From Gammaproteobacteria bacterium (GTDB taxonomy: Bacteria > Pseudomonadota > Gammaproteobacteria > Burkholderiales > Burkholderiaceae_E), in contig JAUIAI010000001.1 in NCBI GenBank assembly GCA_030425615.1, forward strand, positions 1 through 31,531: a stretch of 31,531 bases of DNA. The letters are read 5' to 3'. How positions within the stretch are numbered: position 1 is the stretch's first letter; each line of letters begins with the position of its first letter. Made by a program: the position numbers and the translations under genes. Shown here in pieces: positions 13,115 to 22,989 of this stretch. The notes beneath the pieces were generated by a model. The model was not told the DNA's origin and did not search any database. It saw only the letters and a program-made list of their open reading frames with translations.

Positions 13115-14730
13115 TGGCAATCGGAGAGGATCTTGTCGCACGCCTCGCCATCCTGAAGTCGGGTCGGATGAACTTCGACACGATCTGGCAGGACGTGAAG
13201 GACCTGACCAACCCGCACGGCGGCGACTACGTTGAGAAGGCGAGTCCCGGAGAGCGGCGCACCGAGAAGGTCTACGACCAGACGGCGGTGGTCGCTCGGG
13301 AGCGGTTCACGGCCATCATGGAGGCGCTGCTGACGCCCCGGAACCAGGAGTGGCACAACCTTCGCGCTTCCGACGAGGCGTTGAACGAGGACGCCGAGGT
13401 CCGGGACTGGTTCGAGCAGGCGAGTGGGATGCTCTTCAAGCTCCGCAGCAGTCCGAAGGCGCGCTTCTATGGGCAGATGCACGAGGTCTACTCCAGCCTC
13501 GGCGATACCGGGAACGGCTGCCTCTTCGTGGATGAGCGGCCCACGGGCGGCACTCGCTACCGCTACACGCACATCGGTCAGGCGTGGATCGAGACGAACT
13601 TCGAGGACATCGTCGACACGGTCTACTACGAGTACGAGCTGACGGCGAAGGCGGCCGTGCAGAAGTGGGGCGACGATGCCCCGAAGTGCGCGCGGGACGC
13701 CCTGGGCGACAACCCGTTCGAGAAGCACAAGTACCTGCACGTCGTTCGTCCCAACGAGAACGCCGACCCGAACAGCGAGGACCCGCGCGAGAAGAGGTTC
13801 GAGGCGTACGACGTGTGCGTCATGGACGAGACCGTGATCGGAGACAAGGGCGGTTTCCACGAACTGCCTTACATCTGGACCCGGTACACGGTGAGCCCCG
13901 CCGAGATGTACGGCCGCGGCCCGGCGATGCTCGTGCTCCCCGACATCCAGATGCTTCAGGAGATGGAGAAGACCTTCATCCGGGCCGGTCACAAGGTGGC
14001 CGATCCGCCGCTTCTCGTGGCTCATGACGGAAAGATCGGGCGCGGCTCGAAGAAGATCCGACTGCAGCCCGGGGGCATCAACTACGGCGGAGTGAACCCC
14101 GACGGCCGTCCGATGATCCAGCCGCTCCAGACGGGTGCCCGGCTCGACCTGACGCTCGAGATGATGGAGCAGAAGCGGTCTCTCGTGCGCGAGGTCTTCC
14201 TGAACAACCTGTGGGAGATCCTCGTCACCGATCGGGTCGAGATGACGGCGACCGAGGTGCTGGAGCGGACGAAGGAGAAGGGCCAGCTGCTCGCGCCCAT
14301 CATCGGGCGGCAGCAGTCGGAACTGCTCGGTCCGCTGATCGAGCGGGAGCTGAACATCGCCATGCGGCAGAACCTCCTACCGCCTCTCCCGGGTGCGCTG
14401 ATCGAAGCCAAGGGCGAGTACGAGATCGAGTACGAGAGCGACGCGACCCGGATGCAGGAGACCGAGGAGGGCGCAGCGTTCGCCCGTCTCATGCAGCTGA
14501 TCCAACCGCTCGTAGAGGGCGATCCGTCGATCCTGCGCAAGTTCGATCCGGATGCCGTGGTCGAACACTACGGCGAGAAGTTCGGCGTTTCGACCGAGGT
14601 CATGCGGACCGACGACGAGATGGAGGAGCTTCGCGCTGCCGAGGCTCAGGCTGCCCAGATGGAGCAGGTGGCGCAGCAGGCTCAGCCGATCGCGGGGGCC
14701 GTGCGTGACCTGTCGGAGGTGGCCGCTTGA
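13114..14730 (+). CDS. Portal (head-to-tail connector), T7 gp8/BPP-1-like
   Basis: KVYDQTAVVA..RF, YGRGPAMLVLPDIQML, MTATEVLER..EK..LLAPIIGR..SELL.PLIER motifs. Confidence 0.95.
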   Translation: MAIGEDLVARLAILKSGRMNFDTIWQDVKDLTNPHGGDYVEKASPGERRTEKVYDQTAVVARERFTAIMEALLTPRNQEWHNLRASDEALNEDAEVRDWFEQASGMLFKLRSSPKARFYGQMHEVYSSLGDTGNGCLFVDERPTGGTRYRYTHIGQAWIETNFEDIVDTVYYEYELTAKAAVQKWGDDAPKCARDALGDNPFEKHKYLHVVRPNENADPNSEDPREKRFEAYDVCVMDETVIGDKGGFHELPYIWTRYTVSPAEMYGRGPAMLVLPDIQMLQEMEKTFIRAGHKVADPPLLVAHDGKIGRGSKKIRLQPGGINYGGVNPDGRPMIQPLQTGARLDLTLEMMEQKRSLVREVFLNNLWEILVTDRVEMTATEVLERTKEKGQLLAPIIGRQQSELLGPLIERELNIAMRQNLLPPLPGALIEAKGEYEIEYESDATRMQETEEGAAFARLMQLIQPLVEGDPSILRKFDPDAVVEHYGEKFGVSTEVMRTDDEMEELRAAEAQAAQMEQVAQQAQPIAGAVRDLSEVAA

Positions 14731-15011
14731 CCGAGGCGGAGCGGTTTCAGGAGTGGTGCAACGCGCATCCTGACGAAATCGCGCTGGCGGTGAAGGAGTG
14801 GCGCGAGACGCCGAGGGCCGACCTGGCGCTGGCGTGGCTTGCGAACGAGGCGGGGATCTTCGAGGTGCCCGACTCCAATGATCCGGCGGATCTCGCGGCT
14901 GACAAGGGCCGCAGGGAGCTGTTCTGGGTGCTCGTTGACATGTCGAGCATCCGGCGGAACGACATCCTGACGCTGCGAGAGCGGCTGAATCTAGGGGAGA
15001 GCATGGAATGA
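14727..15011 (+). CDS. Small conserved head-module protein (Bbp19-like, 94 aa)
   Basis: DPADLAADKGRRELF motif; located between portal and scaffold. Confidence 0.7.
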   Translation: MTEAERFQEWCNAHPDEIALAVKEWRETPRADLALAWLANEAGIFEVPDSNDPADLAADKGRRELFWVLVDMSSIRRNDILTLRERLNLGESME

Positions 15012-15937
15012 GTGAAGCGATCGAGACTCCGGCAGGTGGTGAAGGTGGTGCGGCCGCGTCGGTCCTCGGCGGCGACAGTGGCAGCGGCGGTGAGGTCCAG
15101 GTCACGGAGGCTGCCTCGTGGCGTGATGGGCTCGACTCGGACACAATCGGTCTGATCGAGAGCCGGAAGTGGGACGGTGAAGGGAAGAACCCGCTGCAGG
15201 AGGTAGCGAAGGCGTACCGGAACATGGAGCGCCTTCGGGGCGTGAACGCCGATCGTCTCGTGCGGCTCCCCGACGAGGGGAACGAGGCTCAGACGCTCGA
15301 GATGCTGCACAAGCTGGGCGTCCCTGGCGATCCCTCGGGCTACGAGTCGCCAGAGGTGATGGTCGGAGATCAGCCGATCGACGGTGCGCTCATCGCCGAG
15401 CACATCTCGCACAAGATCGCGGCCACCCCCGAGCAGCATCGGAAGCTCGTGGAGGCCACGGGTGCGCTGTTGACGAGTTCCCAGGAGGCGCAGGCGGAAC
15501 AGGCTGCGTTGGCCGAGGCGGAGCGTGTGGAGCACATGAGCACCCACGCGAAGCAGTGGGAGAAGGATCAGGGGGCCGACCTCGAAGCCAACCGCGTCCT
15601 GTCGCGCCGCGGACTCGAGGCCCTGGGCCTGGACACCGACGCCATCGACAAGATCGCGCTGGCGCTCTCGGACGACGGATCGGCCATCAAGCAGCTGCTC
15701 GACGCCGGCATGAAGTTCGGGAAGTTCGTCGGGGAGTCGAGTCGTGGCGATGACGGTCGTGCTCCCGATACGGGTGGGTTCGCAGCGTCGTCGGCGGAGG
15801 CCAAGTACGAAGCCGAGCTCTACCAGGCGCAGAACTTCGAGGCGCTGAAGAAGACCGACGCGGCAGGAGAGATGGCCCGCCGGGAACTCCAGCGTCGATG
15901 GGATCGCTTCCACGACCTGAGCGCGAAGGGGCGCTAG
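15008..15937 (+). CDS. Capsid assembly scaffolding protein
   Basis: Acidic and helical, with VAKAYRNMERL.G and LGVPGDPSGY; position between portal and capsid. Confidence 0.8.
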   Translation: MSEAIETPAGGEGGAAASVLGGDSGSGGEVQVTEAASWRDGLDSDTIGLIESRKWDGEGKNPLQEVAKAYRNMERLRGVNADRLVRLPDEGNEAQTLEMLHKLGVPGDPSGYESPEVMVGDQPIDGALIAEHISHKIAATPEQHRKLVEATGALLTSSQEAQAEQAALAEAERVEHMSTHAKQWEKDQGADLEANRVLSRRGLEALGLDTDAIDKIALALSDDGSAIKQLLDAGMKFGKFVGESSRGDDGRAPDTGGFAASSAEAKYEAELYQAQNFEALKKTDAAGEMARRELQRRWDRFHDLSAKGR

Positions 15938-16149
15938 TTAGAAAGCGGTGGCGGTACATCCCGCGATCCGTAGATTTTCGAGACAGCTGCTAATCCACTC
16001 GGCGCAGTGGGGGATGAGCCAAACCGCAACGCGGTCCTCGTCCCGATAAGCGCCCCGGACCAGCGAATCGCTTGAACACGATTCGGTCCCACCTCGTAGG
16101 TGGCCAAGCCGAGACCCCAACGGTTTTCCAACTACTTACGAGGTGAACG

Positions 16150-17037
16150 GTGTCTACTCAGATCCCGACTTCCTTCACCGAGGAGTTCAGCTCCCAGGTG
16201 AACCTGCTCTCGCAGCAGGAACCGAGCCGCTTTCGTGGCGCGGTCATGGCCAAGACCTACACGGGCAAGGTCGCCCAGGTCGTCCACCAGCTCGGCCCCG
16301 TCGTGGCGCAGAAGCGCACCACGCGGCACGCCGACACCCCGCTCATCAACACGCCGCACGACACCCGCTGGGTGTATCCGGTCGACTACGAATGGGCGGA
16401 CCTGATCGACAAGCAGGACGAGATCCGCACGATCGCATCGTTCCAGTCGCCGTATGCGCGCAACGCTGCGGCGGCCATGAACCGCGCGATGGATGACGAG
16501 ATCATCGCCGCCTTCTTCTCGGACACGACGAAGACGGGCGAGGATGCGGGCACGACCACGGACTGGACCACGTTCGTTTCGGCGAATGCGGCCCATCAAG
16601 TGGCGTCCGGCTCGACCGGCATGACGATCGCGAAGCTGCGAAGTGCGAAGAAGGCGCTCATGGCGGCCGAAGTCGATGTCGACCGGGAGCGGCTCTTCGT
16701 CGCTCTCACGGCCGAGCAGCACGACGACCTGCTGGGCGAGACCCAGGCCACGAGTCTCGACTACAACACCACGCCGACGCTCGTGGACGGGAAGATCAGC
16801 TCCTTCATGGGGTTCAACTTCATCCAGACCGAGCGGCTCGGAGTCGACGGTTCGGCCAATCGACGCTGCCCCGCGTGGGCGGAGTCGGGCATGGCCCTGG
16901 GTGTCTTCGGTCCGATCATGGGTCGGATCGAGGAGCGCGCGGACAAGTCGTACGCGACGCAGGTCTACACCTGCGGGACGTTCGGCGCGACGCGCGTCGA
17001 GGAAAAGAAGATCGTGGAGATCCTCTGCTCCGAGTAG
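16150..17037 (+). CDS. Major capsid protein (295 aa, GTG start)
   Basis: FTEEFSSQVNLLSQQEPSRFR, RHADTPLINTPHDTRW, AAMNRAMDDEII, GKISSFMGFNFI, GATRVEEKKIVEI; GAGGTG SD. Confidence 0.93.
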   Translation: MSTQIPTSFTEEFSSQVNLLSQQEPSRFRGAVMAKTYTGKVAQVVHQLGPVVAQKRTTRHADTPLINTPHDTRWVYPVDYEWADLIDKQDEIRTIASFQSPYARNAAAAMNRAMDDEIIAAFFSDTTKTGEDAGTTTDWTTFVSANAAHQVASGSTGMTIAKLRSAKKALMAAEVDVDRERLFVALTAEQHDDLLGETQATSLDYNTTPTLVDGKISSFMGFNFIQTERLGVDGSANRRCPAWAESGMALGVFGPIMGRIEERADKSYATQVYTCGTFGATRVEEKKIVEILCSE

Positions 17038-17051
17038 CGATTCCTTGAGTG

Positions 17052-17085
17052 GCAGCCCCTAGCGGAGTCGTTGGGGGCTGCTTCT
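17052..17085 (+). terminator. Hairpin after the capsid gene, probable weak terminator
   Basis: GCAGCCCC-TAGCG-GAGT-CGTTG-GGGGCTGC 13-bp stem followed by a short TTCT tract. Confidence 0.5.
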
Positions 17086-17125
17086 CGAGACACGGGGCGC
17101 GGTGTCGTGCCCCAGGAGAAACGAA

Positions 17126-17653
17126 ATGGCCACTCTTTACGGTTCGGCAGTCGGCGGTGCCGGCGCCCTCGAACAGAGCACTCGGTCCCCGGCTCACGCG
17201 CGTGTGCGGACGACCATCTCCGCCTACGACGGAACGCCTGCGACCACGGACGTGCTCGTTCTCGGCTACTTCAAGTCGAGCGATCACCTCGTGGACATCG
17301 TGCTCGCCACGGACGGTGCGGCGACGGCGGGCGCTCTGAACATCGGTCTGCACTCGGTCGAGTTCCGGGATGGGGCGACCACGCTCACGGTGATCGACGC
17401 CGACCTCTTCGCTTCGGCGCAGTCGGTCGCTTCGGCGCTGGCGTGGGATGCGCAGACCAGCGTGTTCGACGAGGCGGGCACCTGTGACGACGTGATGGAC
17501 CGCGGCAAGGCGCTGTGGGTCCTCGCGGCGCTCGGCGCGGCCTCGTACACCGAGGACCCGGGGCTCACGTTCGCGATCACGGCGACGCCTTCGACCACGG
17601 TAGACGCGGCGACCGAGATGGTCTTCGCGGTCAGCTACGTCGCGGGCGACTAG
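17126..17653 (+). CDS. Capsid decoration/cement-like protein (Bbp16-like, 175 aa)
   Basis: Beta-rich with ALNIGL..DADLFASA; follows the capsid gene; AGGAG SD. Confidence 0.65.
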   Translation: MATLYGSAVGGAGALEQSTRSPAHARVRTTISAYDGTPATTDVLVLGYFKSSDHLVDIVLATDGAATAGALNIGLHSVEFRDGATTLTVIDADLFASAQSVASALAWDAQTSVFDEAGTCDDVMDRGKALWVLAALGAASYTEDPGLTFAITATPSTTVDAATEMVFAVSYVAGD

Positions 17654-17663
17654 GAGGAACGGC

Positions 17664-17843
17664 ATGGCTTCTCAGCAGACGACGGCGACCGTGGGCGACC
17701 TGGTGCTCACGACCTCGCAGACGGGATCGTTCGGCGCGAATGGCGTGGTCGTCGGATGGAACGACGACAACGACTCGGCCACGGTCCTCGCCCTTCTCGA
17801 GAAGGCCAAGCTCGAGATCCTTCGCGAGTTCGCCGGGAACTAA
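17664..17843 (+). CDS. Small virion-module protein (59 aa, MASQQTTATV...)
   Basis: Translated by hand; strong AGGAGG SD; stop TAA at 17841-17843. Confidence 0.75.
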   Translation: MASQQTTATVGDLVLTTSQTGSFGANGVVVGWNDDNDSATVLALLEKAKLEILREFAGN

Positions 17844-17927
17844 GCCGTCTCTCCCCGATTCGGCTCAGAGGGCCGGGGCATCGTCAGGGCGGCGGTGTCC
17901 CGGTCTTAGGGCACTACAGGAGCGCGC

Positions 17928-18488
17928 ATGGCATCGGTCGTCGAGATCGCCAATCAGGCGCTCATGAACCGGCTCGGGGATGAGCCGATCATCTCCCTCA
18001 CCGACGACACGCTGCGTGCTCGGGCTGTGAATGCGGCGTGGCCCTTCGTCCGCAAGGAAGTGCTCCGCTCCCACTCGTGGAACGCGGCCACCGTGCGCAC
18101 GAAGCTGGCGGCCCTCTCGGCTTCCCCCTCGTGGGGGTTCGATACGGCCTATCAGGTCCCCGCCAACTGTATCCGCGTGCTCGAGGTCGACACGACCTAC
18201 GACTGGCGCGTCGAGAACGGCCAGATCCTCACGGATGGCACCGGGGAACTCTCGATCCGGTACGTCAAGGACGAGACCGACACCGAGAAGTACGACGGCG
18301 CGCTGACGGAGGCGATGGCCCTGCGGCTTGCAGCTGAAGTCTGCGAGCGGGTCACGAACTCCCGTTCCAAGCGCGAGCTTCTGCTTGCCGAATACGAACA
18401 GGTCGTCATGGACGCTCGGGCTTCGGACGGGGAAGAGGGCTCCCCGGCCGAGTTCGAGGAAGACGACTGGATCACGGCGAGGCTGTAG
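17928..18488 (+). CDS. Tail tubular protein A (T7 gp11-like adaptor)
   Basis: MASVVEIANQAL..LG..PI.SL, RKEVLRSHSWN, AYQVPANCIRV, ALRLAAEVC motifs. Confidence 0.88.
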   Translation: MASVVEIANQALMNRLGDEPIISLTDDTLRARAVNAAWPFVRKEVLRSHSWNAATVRTKLAALSASPSWGFDTAYQVPANCIRVLEVDTTYDWRVENGQILTDGTGELSIRYVKDETDTEKYDGALTEAMALRLAAEVCERVTNSRSKRELLLAEYEQVVMDARASDGEEGSPAEFEEDDWITARL

Positions 18489-21053
18489 ATGCCCAAGGCG
18501 TCACCGATCCAGTACGGGTTCAACGGCGGCAAGCTCGGACCGCGCCTGCAGGGGCGCAGCGATCTCGCGCGCTACGCGATGGGCTGCAACGTCCTCACGA
18601 ACTTCATCCCTACCTATCAGGGGCCTGCGGTGAAGCGCAGCGGGTTCCGGTTTGTGGCCGAGGTGAAGGATTCGACCGAGAAGGTCCGGCTGATCCCGTT
18701 CGAGTTCTCGCGTGAGCAGGCGTATGTGCTGGAACTCGGTGAGGGCTACATGCGGGTCTACAAGGACTCAGGGGTCGTCCTCAGCGGCATGAGCCCCTAC
18801 GAGATCACCGACGGCGCTGGGGGCAATTCTCTGCCGTGGCTCGAAGACGAGTTGGCGGCGATCTCGTTCGTCCAGACGGCCGACGTGATCTACCTGGCCC
18901 ACGCCAACCACCCGCCGCACAAGATCAGTCGCACGTCGGATACGTCGTGGACCTGCACCGAGATCGAGTTCGACTGGCCCGCGTTCCGCGAGGAGAACGC
19001 CGACGACGACCTGCTCGTGATGATCGAGGAGAACACGGGCAGCGGGAAGCAGTTCGCGTTGCGGGGCCGGACGGCCGATGCGGTGACGATCTCAGGCACC
19101 TCGAACGCGACCCCCGTGGTCGTCACGACTTCGGGTAGTCACGGCTACTCGTCGGGCGATACGGTGTGGATCGACGGCGTGGCGACGGCGACGAGCCTCA
19201 ACGCGCAGCACTACGTCATCACCGTGACGGGCGCGACGACGTTCTCCCTCGACGGGACGAGTGCGCCGGGCTCGGCGGGTACGGGCGGCCTCGTCGAGAA
19301 GCTCCTGAGTACCAACTTCGAGTTCACGGCCGATCTCGTGGGCAGCTACGTCCGCATCTACGACCCGCCGGCGAAGTTCGTCCCGAAGTGGCAGGCGGCG
19401 CAGAACGTGGCCGGGAACATCGACGCCCGTATCGGCACGGCGACGGCGGGCGATCAGGTCTATTGGGAGCAGAACGTCTACTCGATCACGGCCACGCCTT
19501 CGGCGGCGACCGGAGACGATCCGCCTACCCACGACAAGGTCTCAGACGGCGCGATCCTCGACAAGACGAATTCGTGGCAGTTCTACAACAAGGGCGCGGG
19601 ATACGCCGAGATTACCGCCGTCGCTTCCGATGGGCTCTCCTGCACCGTGACCGTGGTGGTCGACTTCCCGTATGCGGCCTCCGAGACGAACCCCTCGAAG
19701 ACGACGCACACGAACGGATTCGACGCCTCCGCGACGCCGCGGTGGAACGTGGGCGCTTGGAACGAGGAGTACGGCTACCCGCAGGCTGTCGCGTTCTACG
19801 AGGACCGGCTGTGGTTCGGGGGCACATCGAAGGACCCGCAGACGATGTGGGCTTCGAGGACGGGCGACTACGAGAACTTCCAGACCGTGCCCGACGAGGA
19901 CGATTCGGCGCTCGTCTTCACGTTGGCGTCCGATCGGATCAACTCGATCTCGTGGATGACGGGCGAAGACGTGCTTCTGATCGGAACCAAGGGCGGCGAG
20001 TTCACGGCCGACGCCGGAAACGCCGATCAGGCGATCACGCCCGCGAACATCCGGGTGCGGCGCCGCTCGTTCTACGGGTCGGCAGAGAACGTGCAGCCGG
20101 TGACGGTCGACTCTGCCACGCTCTTCGTGCAGCGGTCGGGGTCGAAGCTCCACGAGTTGATCTACACGACCGACCCCTCGGGCTACTCGCGGCTCACGGC
20201 GCCGGACCTGACCCAGATGTCCTACGACATCCTGCAGCCCTCTGTGACGCAGATGGCCTATCAGGCATCCCCGTTCCGGATGCTGTGGTGCGTGCTCTCT
20301 GACGGCTCCCTGGCGAGCCTGACGTACATCCGGGACGAGGACGTGCTGGCCTGGGCGAAGCACACGCTGGGCGGCACGGACGCGAAGGTCGAGTCTGTGG
20401 CGGTCGTGCCCCACCCTGACGGCGATCAGGATCAGCTGTGGGCGATCGTGTCTCGGACGATCGACGGCGGCACGGTCCGCTACGTCGAATTCCTCGAGAA
20501 GCCGTTCGAGGAGATGGCGACCGAGGACGCATTCTTCGTCGATTCAGGGCTCACCTACGACGGGTCGGCCACGACCACGCTGACGGGGCTCGACCACCTC
20601 GAGGGCGAGACGGTGAAGGTCCTGGGTGACGGGATCGTGCTCGACGATGCCACCGTCTCGAGCGGTCAGATCACGGTCTCCCCCGCGGTGAGCGTGGCCC
20701 AGGTCGGTCTCGCAATGCCCGATGCCCAGCTGCAGACGATGCGACTCGAGGCGGGGGCCGCGGACGGCACGGCGATGGGCAAGCGCAAGCGCTTGTCTCG
20801 TGTCGTGGTCCGCGTGAACGAGCTCGGTGAGGGGCTCCGCTTCGGGATCGACTTCACGACGATGGAAGAGTGGCACATGCGGGACACGTCGGATCTCATG
20901 GATTCGCCCGTGCCGCTGTATTCGGGTGACACGCCGTCTCTGGCGATGCCCGGGGGCTGGGACCAGGCGGGGCGCGTCGCGCTCTCTCACGTCTACCCGC
21001 TGCCCTGCACGCTCGTTTCTGTGATGCCTCAGCTGCAGACGGAGGCGATCTAG
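18489..21053 (+). CDS. Tail tubular protein B / nozzle (T7 gp12-like)
   Basis: FNGGKL.PRL.GRSDL, VRLIPFEFS, YPQAVAFYEDRLWFGG, WASRTGDYENF, LAWAKH, LDHLEGETV motifs. Confidence 0.92.
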   Translation: MPKASPIQYGFNGGKLGPRLQGRSDLARYAMGCNVLTNFIPTYQGPAVKRSGFRFVAEVKDSTEKVRLIPFEFSREQAYVLELGEGYMRVYKDSGVVLSGMSPYEITDGAGGNSLPWLEDELAAISFVQTADVIYLAHANHPPHKISRTSDTSWTCTEIEFDWPAFREENADDDLLVMIEENTGSGKQFALRGRTADAVTISGTSNATPVVVTTSGSHGYSSGDTVWIDGVATATSLNAQHYVITVTGATTFSLDGTSAPGSAGTGGLVEKLLSTNFEFTADLVGSYVRIYDPPAKFVPKWQAAQNVAGNIDARIGTATAGDQVYWEQNVYSITATPSAATGDDPPTHDKVSDGAILDKTNSWQFYNKGAGYAEITAVASDGLSCTVTVVVDFPYAASETNPSKTTHTNGFDASATPRWNVGAWNEEYGYPQAVAFYEDRLWFGGTSKDPQTMWASRTGDYENFQTVPDEDDSALVFTLASDRINSISWMTGEDVLLIGTKGGEFTADAGNADQAITPANIRVRRRSFYGSAENVQPVTVDSATLFVQRSGSKLHELIYTTDPSGYSRLTAPDLTQMSYDILQPSVTQMAYQASPFRMLWCVLSDGSLASLTYIRDEDVLAWAKHTLGGTDAKVESVAVVPHPDGDQDQLWAIVSRTIDGGTVRYVEFLEKPFEEMATEDAFFVDSGLTYDGSATTTLTGLDHLEGETVKVLGDGIVLDDATVSSGQITVSPAVSVAQVGLAMPDAQLQTMRLEAGAADGTAMGKRKRLSRVVVRVNELGEGLRFGIDFTTMEEWHMRDTSDLMDSPVPLYSGDTPSLAMPGGWDQAGRVALSHVYPLPCTLVSVMPQLQTEAI

Positions 21054-21485
21054 ATGGGTGCCTTCGCGATGCCGGTTGCGCTGGGTCTGATGGCGAGCGG
21101 GACGGTCACGTCTGCGGTCGGGGCTCACCGTCAGGGGAAGGCGGAGGCGCGGGCGGCCCGGTTCAACGCCGAGCAGATCCGCCGTGAGACGATGGGTCGG
21201 CTGGAGCAGTTCCACGCGGAACAGCGCCGCATGGAGTCGTCCAACATCACGCGGGTAGCGAAGTCGGGCGTGCGGCTCTCGGGCTCGCCGCTCGAGGTCA
21301 TGGAGAACAACCGCTACCAGGCCGACCTCCAGGCCGAGAATCTCCGGTTCTCGGGCATGGTGCAGTCCGAGTTGCAGCGCATGAGGGGGAAGTCGGCGGA
21401 GAACGCGGCGCGCCTGGGGGTGGCGAGCGAGGTCGTGGGCGGAGCGGGGCGCATTGGGGCGTTGGCGGTGAACCACTATGCCTAA
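21054..21485 (+). CDS. Internal virion protein (gp14-like, 143 aa)
   Basis: Hydrophobic Gly/Ala N-terminus and KSGVRLSGSPLEV motif; position after the nozzle gene. Confidence 0.75.
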   Translation: MGAFAMPVALGLMASGTVTSAVGAHRQGKAEARAARFNAEQIRRETMGRLEQFHAEQRRMESSNITRVAKSGVRLSGSPLEVMENNRYQADLQAENLRFSGMVQSELQRMRGKSAENAARLGVASEVVGGAGRIGALAVNHYA

Positions 21486-22989
21486 CCTGCTCATCAATCA
21501 GCCTGCCGGGCCGGTTCAGGGGCCGCGTGCGTCGGCCGCGGAGTTCGGCGGGCAGGAGGCTGCGGCGACGCGGCAGCTGGGCCGTCAGGTCCAGCAGGCG
21601 GGCGAGATCCCTGCCGCCTGGAGCGCCATGAAGGCCCGCAGGAGCGCCGCCGAGTACCGGGTGGCCCTGCAGGACACGGCGCGGCAGATGTCGCTCACGC
21701 AGGATCTTGAGGGCGCTGAGGAGCGATTCCAGACCGAGCGGCGACGGCTGCAGGACCGATTCCGGAAGGGCTCGCGCGGTATCTACGATGCGCAGGCTTC
21801 GGTGACGGGCGACCAGATCGAGAGCCAGTTCCGGCATTCTATCCGGATGCGTCAGATCGAAGACGGGCAGAACGATCTCGACGAAGTGCTTCGACTGCAC
21901 GCGGACGAGCTGGCTACGTCGGAGGCTCCGGACGATCGGGCGATGGCGCTGGTTCGGGGGACGCTGGCGATCGACGAGGCCCGGGAATCCGGTTTGATCG
22001 GTGACGCCGACGTGGACAAGCTGACCCGGGAATTCTCGACTCGGGCGATGGGTGGGGTGCTTCGTCGCTTCCAGAACGACGACCCGGCAGCAGGGATCGA
22101 GTTCCTCGACTCTGGCGAATTCGTGGGCTCGGAAGAGGAGCGGCAGGTGTGGCGCGGGCACATGATGGTCGCGATGCGAACCCGCGTGAACGCCGAACTT
22201 TCGGAGGCGCGGAGGCAGGAAGCCTACGACCGGAAGGCCCAGAAGCTGCGAGCGGACTCGGCCCAGAAAGCATTGATCGAGAAGGCGTTCGGAAACGGCT
22301 TCACCGAGCAGGACGTGCTCGACTTCGCCGACGTGTGGACGCCGACCGAGATGGAGAGTCTTCTCGCTACGGCCCGCTCGGGTGGGAAGTTCGTCGCGAC
22401 GCAGAGCGATCCCCAGGTCTGGGACGAGTTGCGCGTGCTCGCCACGATCGACGACCCGAACATGGATGACGCGCCGTTCGAGGAGCAGGCCCGTCGTGCC
22501 TTCTTCCGTGGTCAGATCACGAAGGGCGACTACGGGTCGCTGCTCAGTCTCTACGAGGACACGCGCATCGGTGAATTCACGGAGATGATCCACAGCGACA
22601 TCGCTGGGCACTTCCTCGTCGGTCCCGGGGACAAGGCGAAGTCTCGCGAGGCGCAGCGCGCGTTTACGGAGTGGTACGTGCGCCGGTCCGAGGAGCTTGG
22701 CGACGCACCCTCGCTGGATGAGAGCTACGAGTTCGCCCGGCGCCAGGTCGAGTCCGCGATGTTGTCTCGTGCGGATGACCCGATCTATCAGATGGCACCC
22801 TCGTCGCTCGTCGGGACAGTGACGAAGCCGGACATCCAGGCGACGGCGCAGGCGATCATCGAGCGCGTCCAGTCGGGCGAGATTGACCCAGTGGAAGCTT
22901 CGATTGAGACGCGGCGTCTCCGGCGACTCGAGGAGTCGGTGAACGCCAAGGGCGCGCGTCAGGCAGCGCAGAACGAGGGCGGAGAGTGA
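21478..22989 (+). CDS. Internal virion (ejection) protein, 503 aa
   Basis: Helical and Ala/Arg/Glu-rich; syntenic with the gp15-like slot. Confidence 0.7.
   Translation: MPNLLINQPAGPVQGPRASAAEFGGQEAAATRQLGRQVQQAGEIPAAWSAMKARRSAAEYRVALQDTARQMSLTQDLEGAEERFQTERRRLQDRFRKGSRGIYDAQASVTGDQIESQFRHSIRMRQIEDGQNDLDEVLRLHADELATSEAPDDRAMALVRGTLAIDEARESGLIGDADVDKLTREFSTRAMGGVLRRFQNDDPAAGIEFLDSGEFVGSEEERQVWRGHMMVAMRTRVNAELSEARRQEAYDRKAQKLRADSAQKALIEKAFGNGFTEQDVLDFADVWTPTEMESLLATARSGGKFVATQSDPQVWDELRVLATIDDPNMDDAPFEEQARRAFFRGQITKGDYGSLLSLYEDTRIGEFTEMIHSDIAGHFLVGPGDKAKSREAQRAFTEWYVRRSEELGDAPSLDESYEFARRQVESAMLSRADDPIYQMAPSSLVGTVTKPDIQATAQAIIERVQSGEIDPVEASIETRRLRRLEESVNAKGARQAAQNEGGE

Noticed and set aside
16643-17062. 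T7 gp10B-style frameshifted capsid extension
   Set aside because: No clear slippery heptamer near the capsid stop, and the alternative frame ends only 25 nt later.
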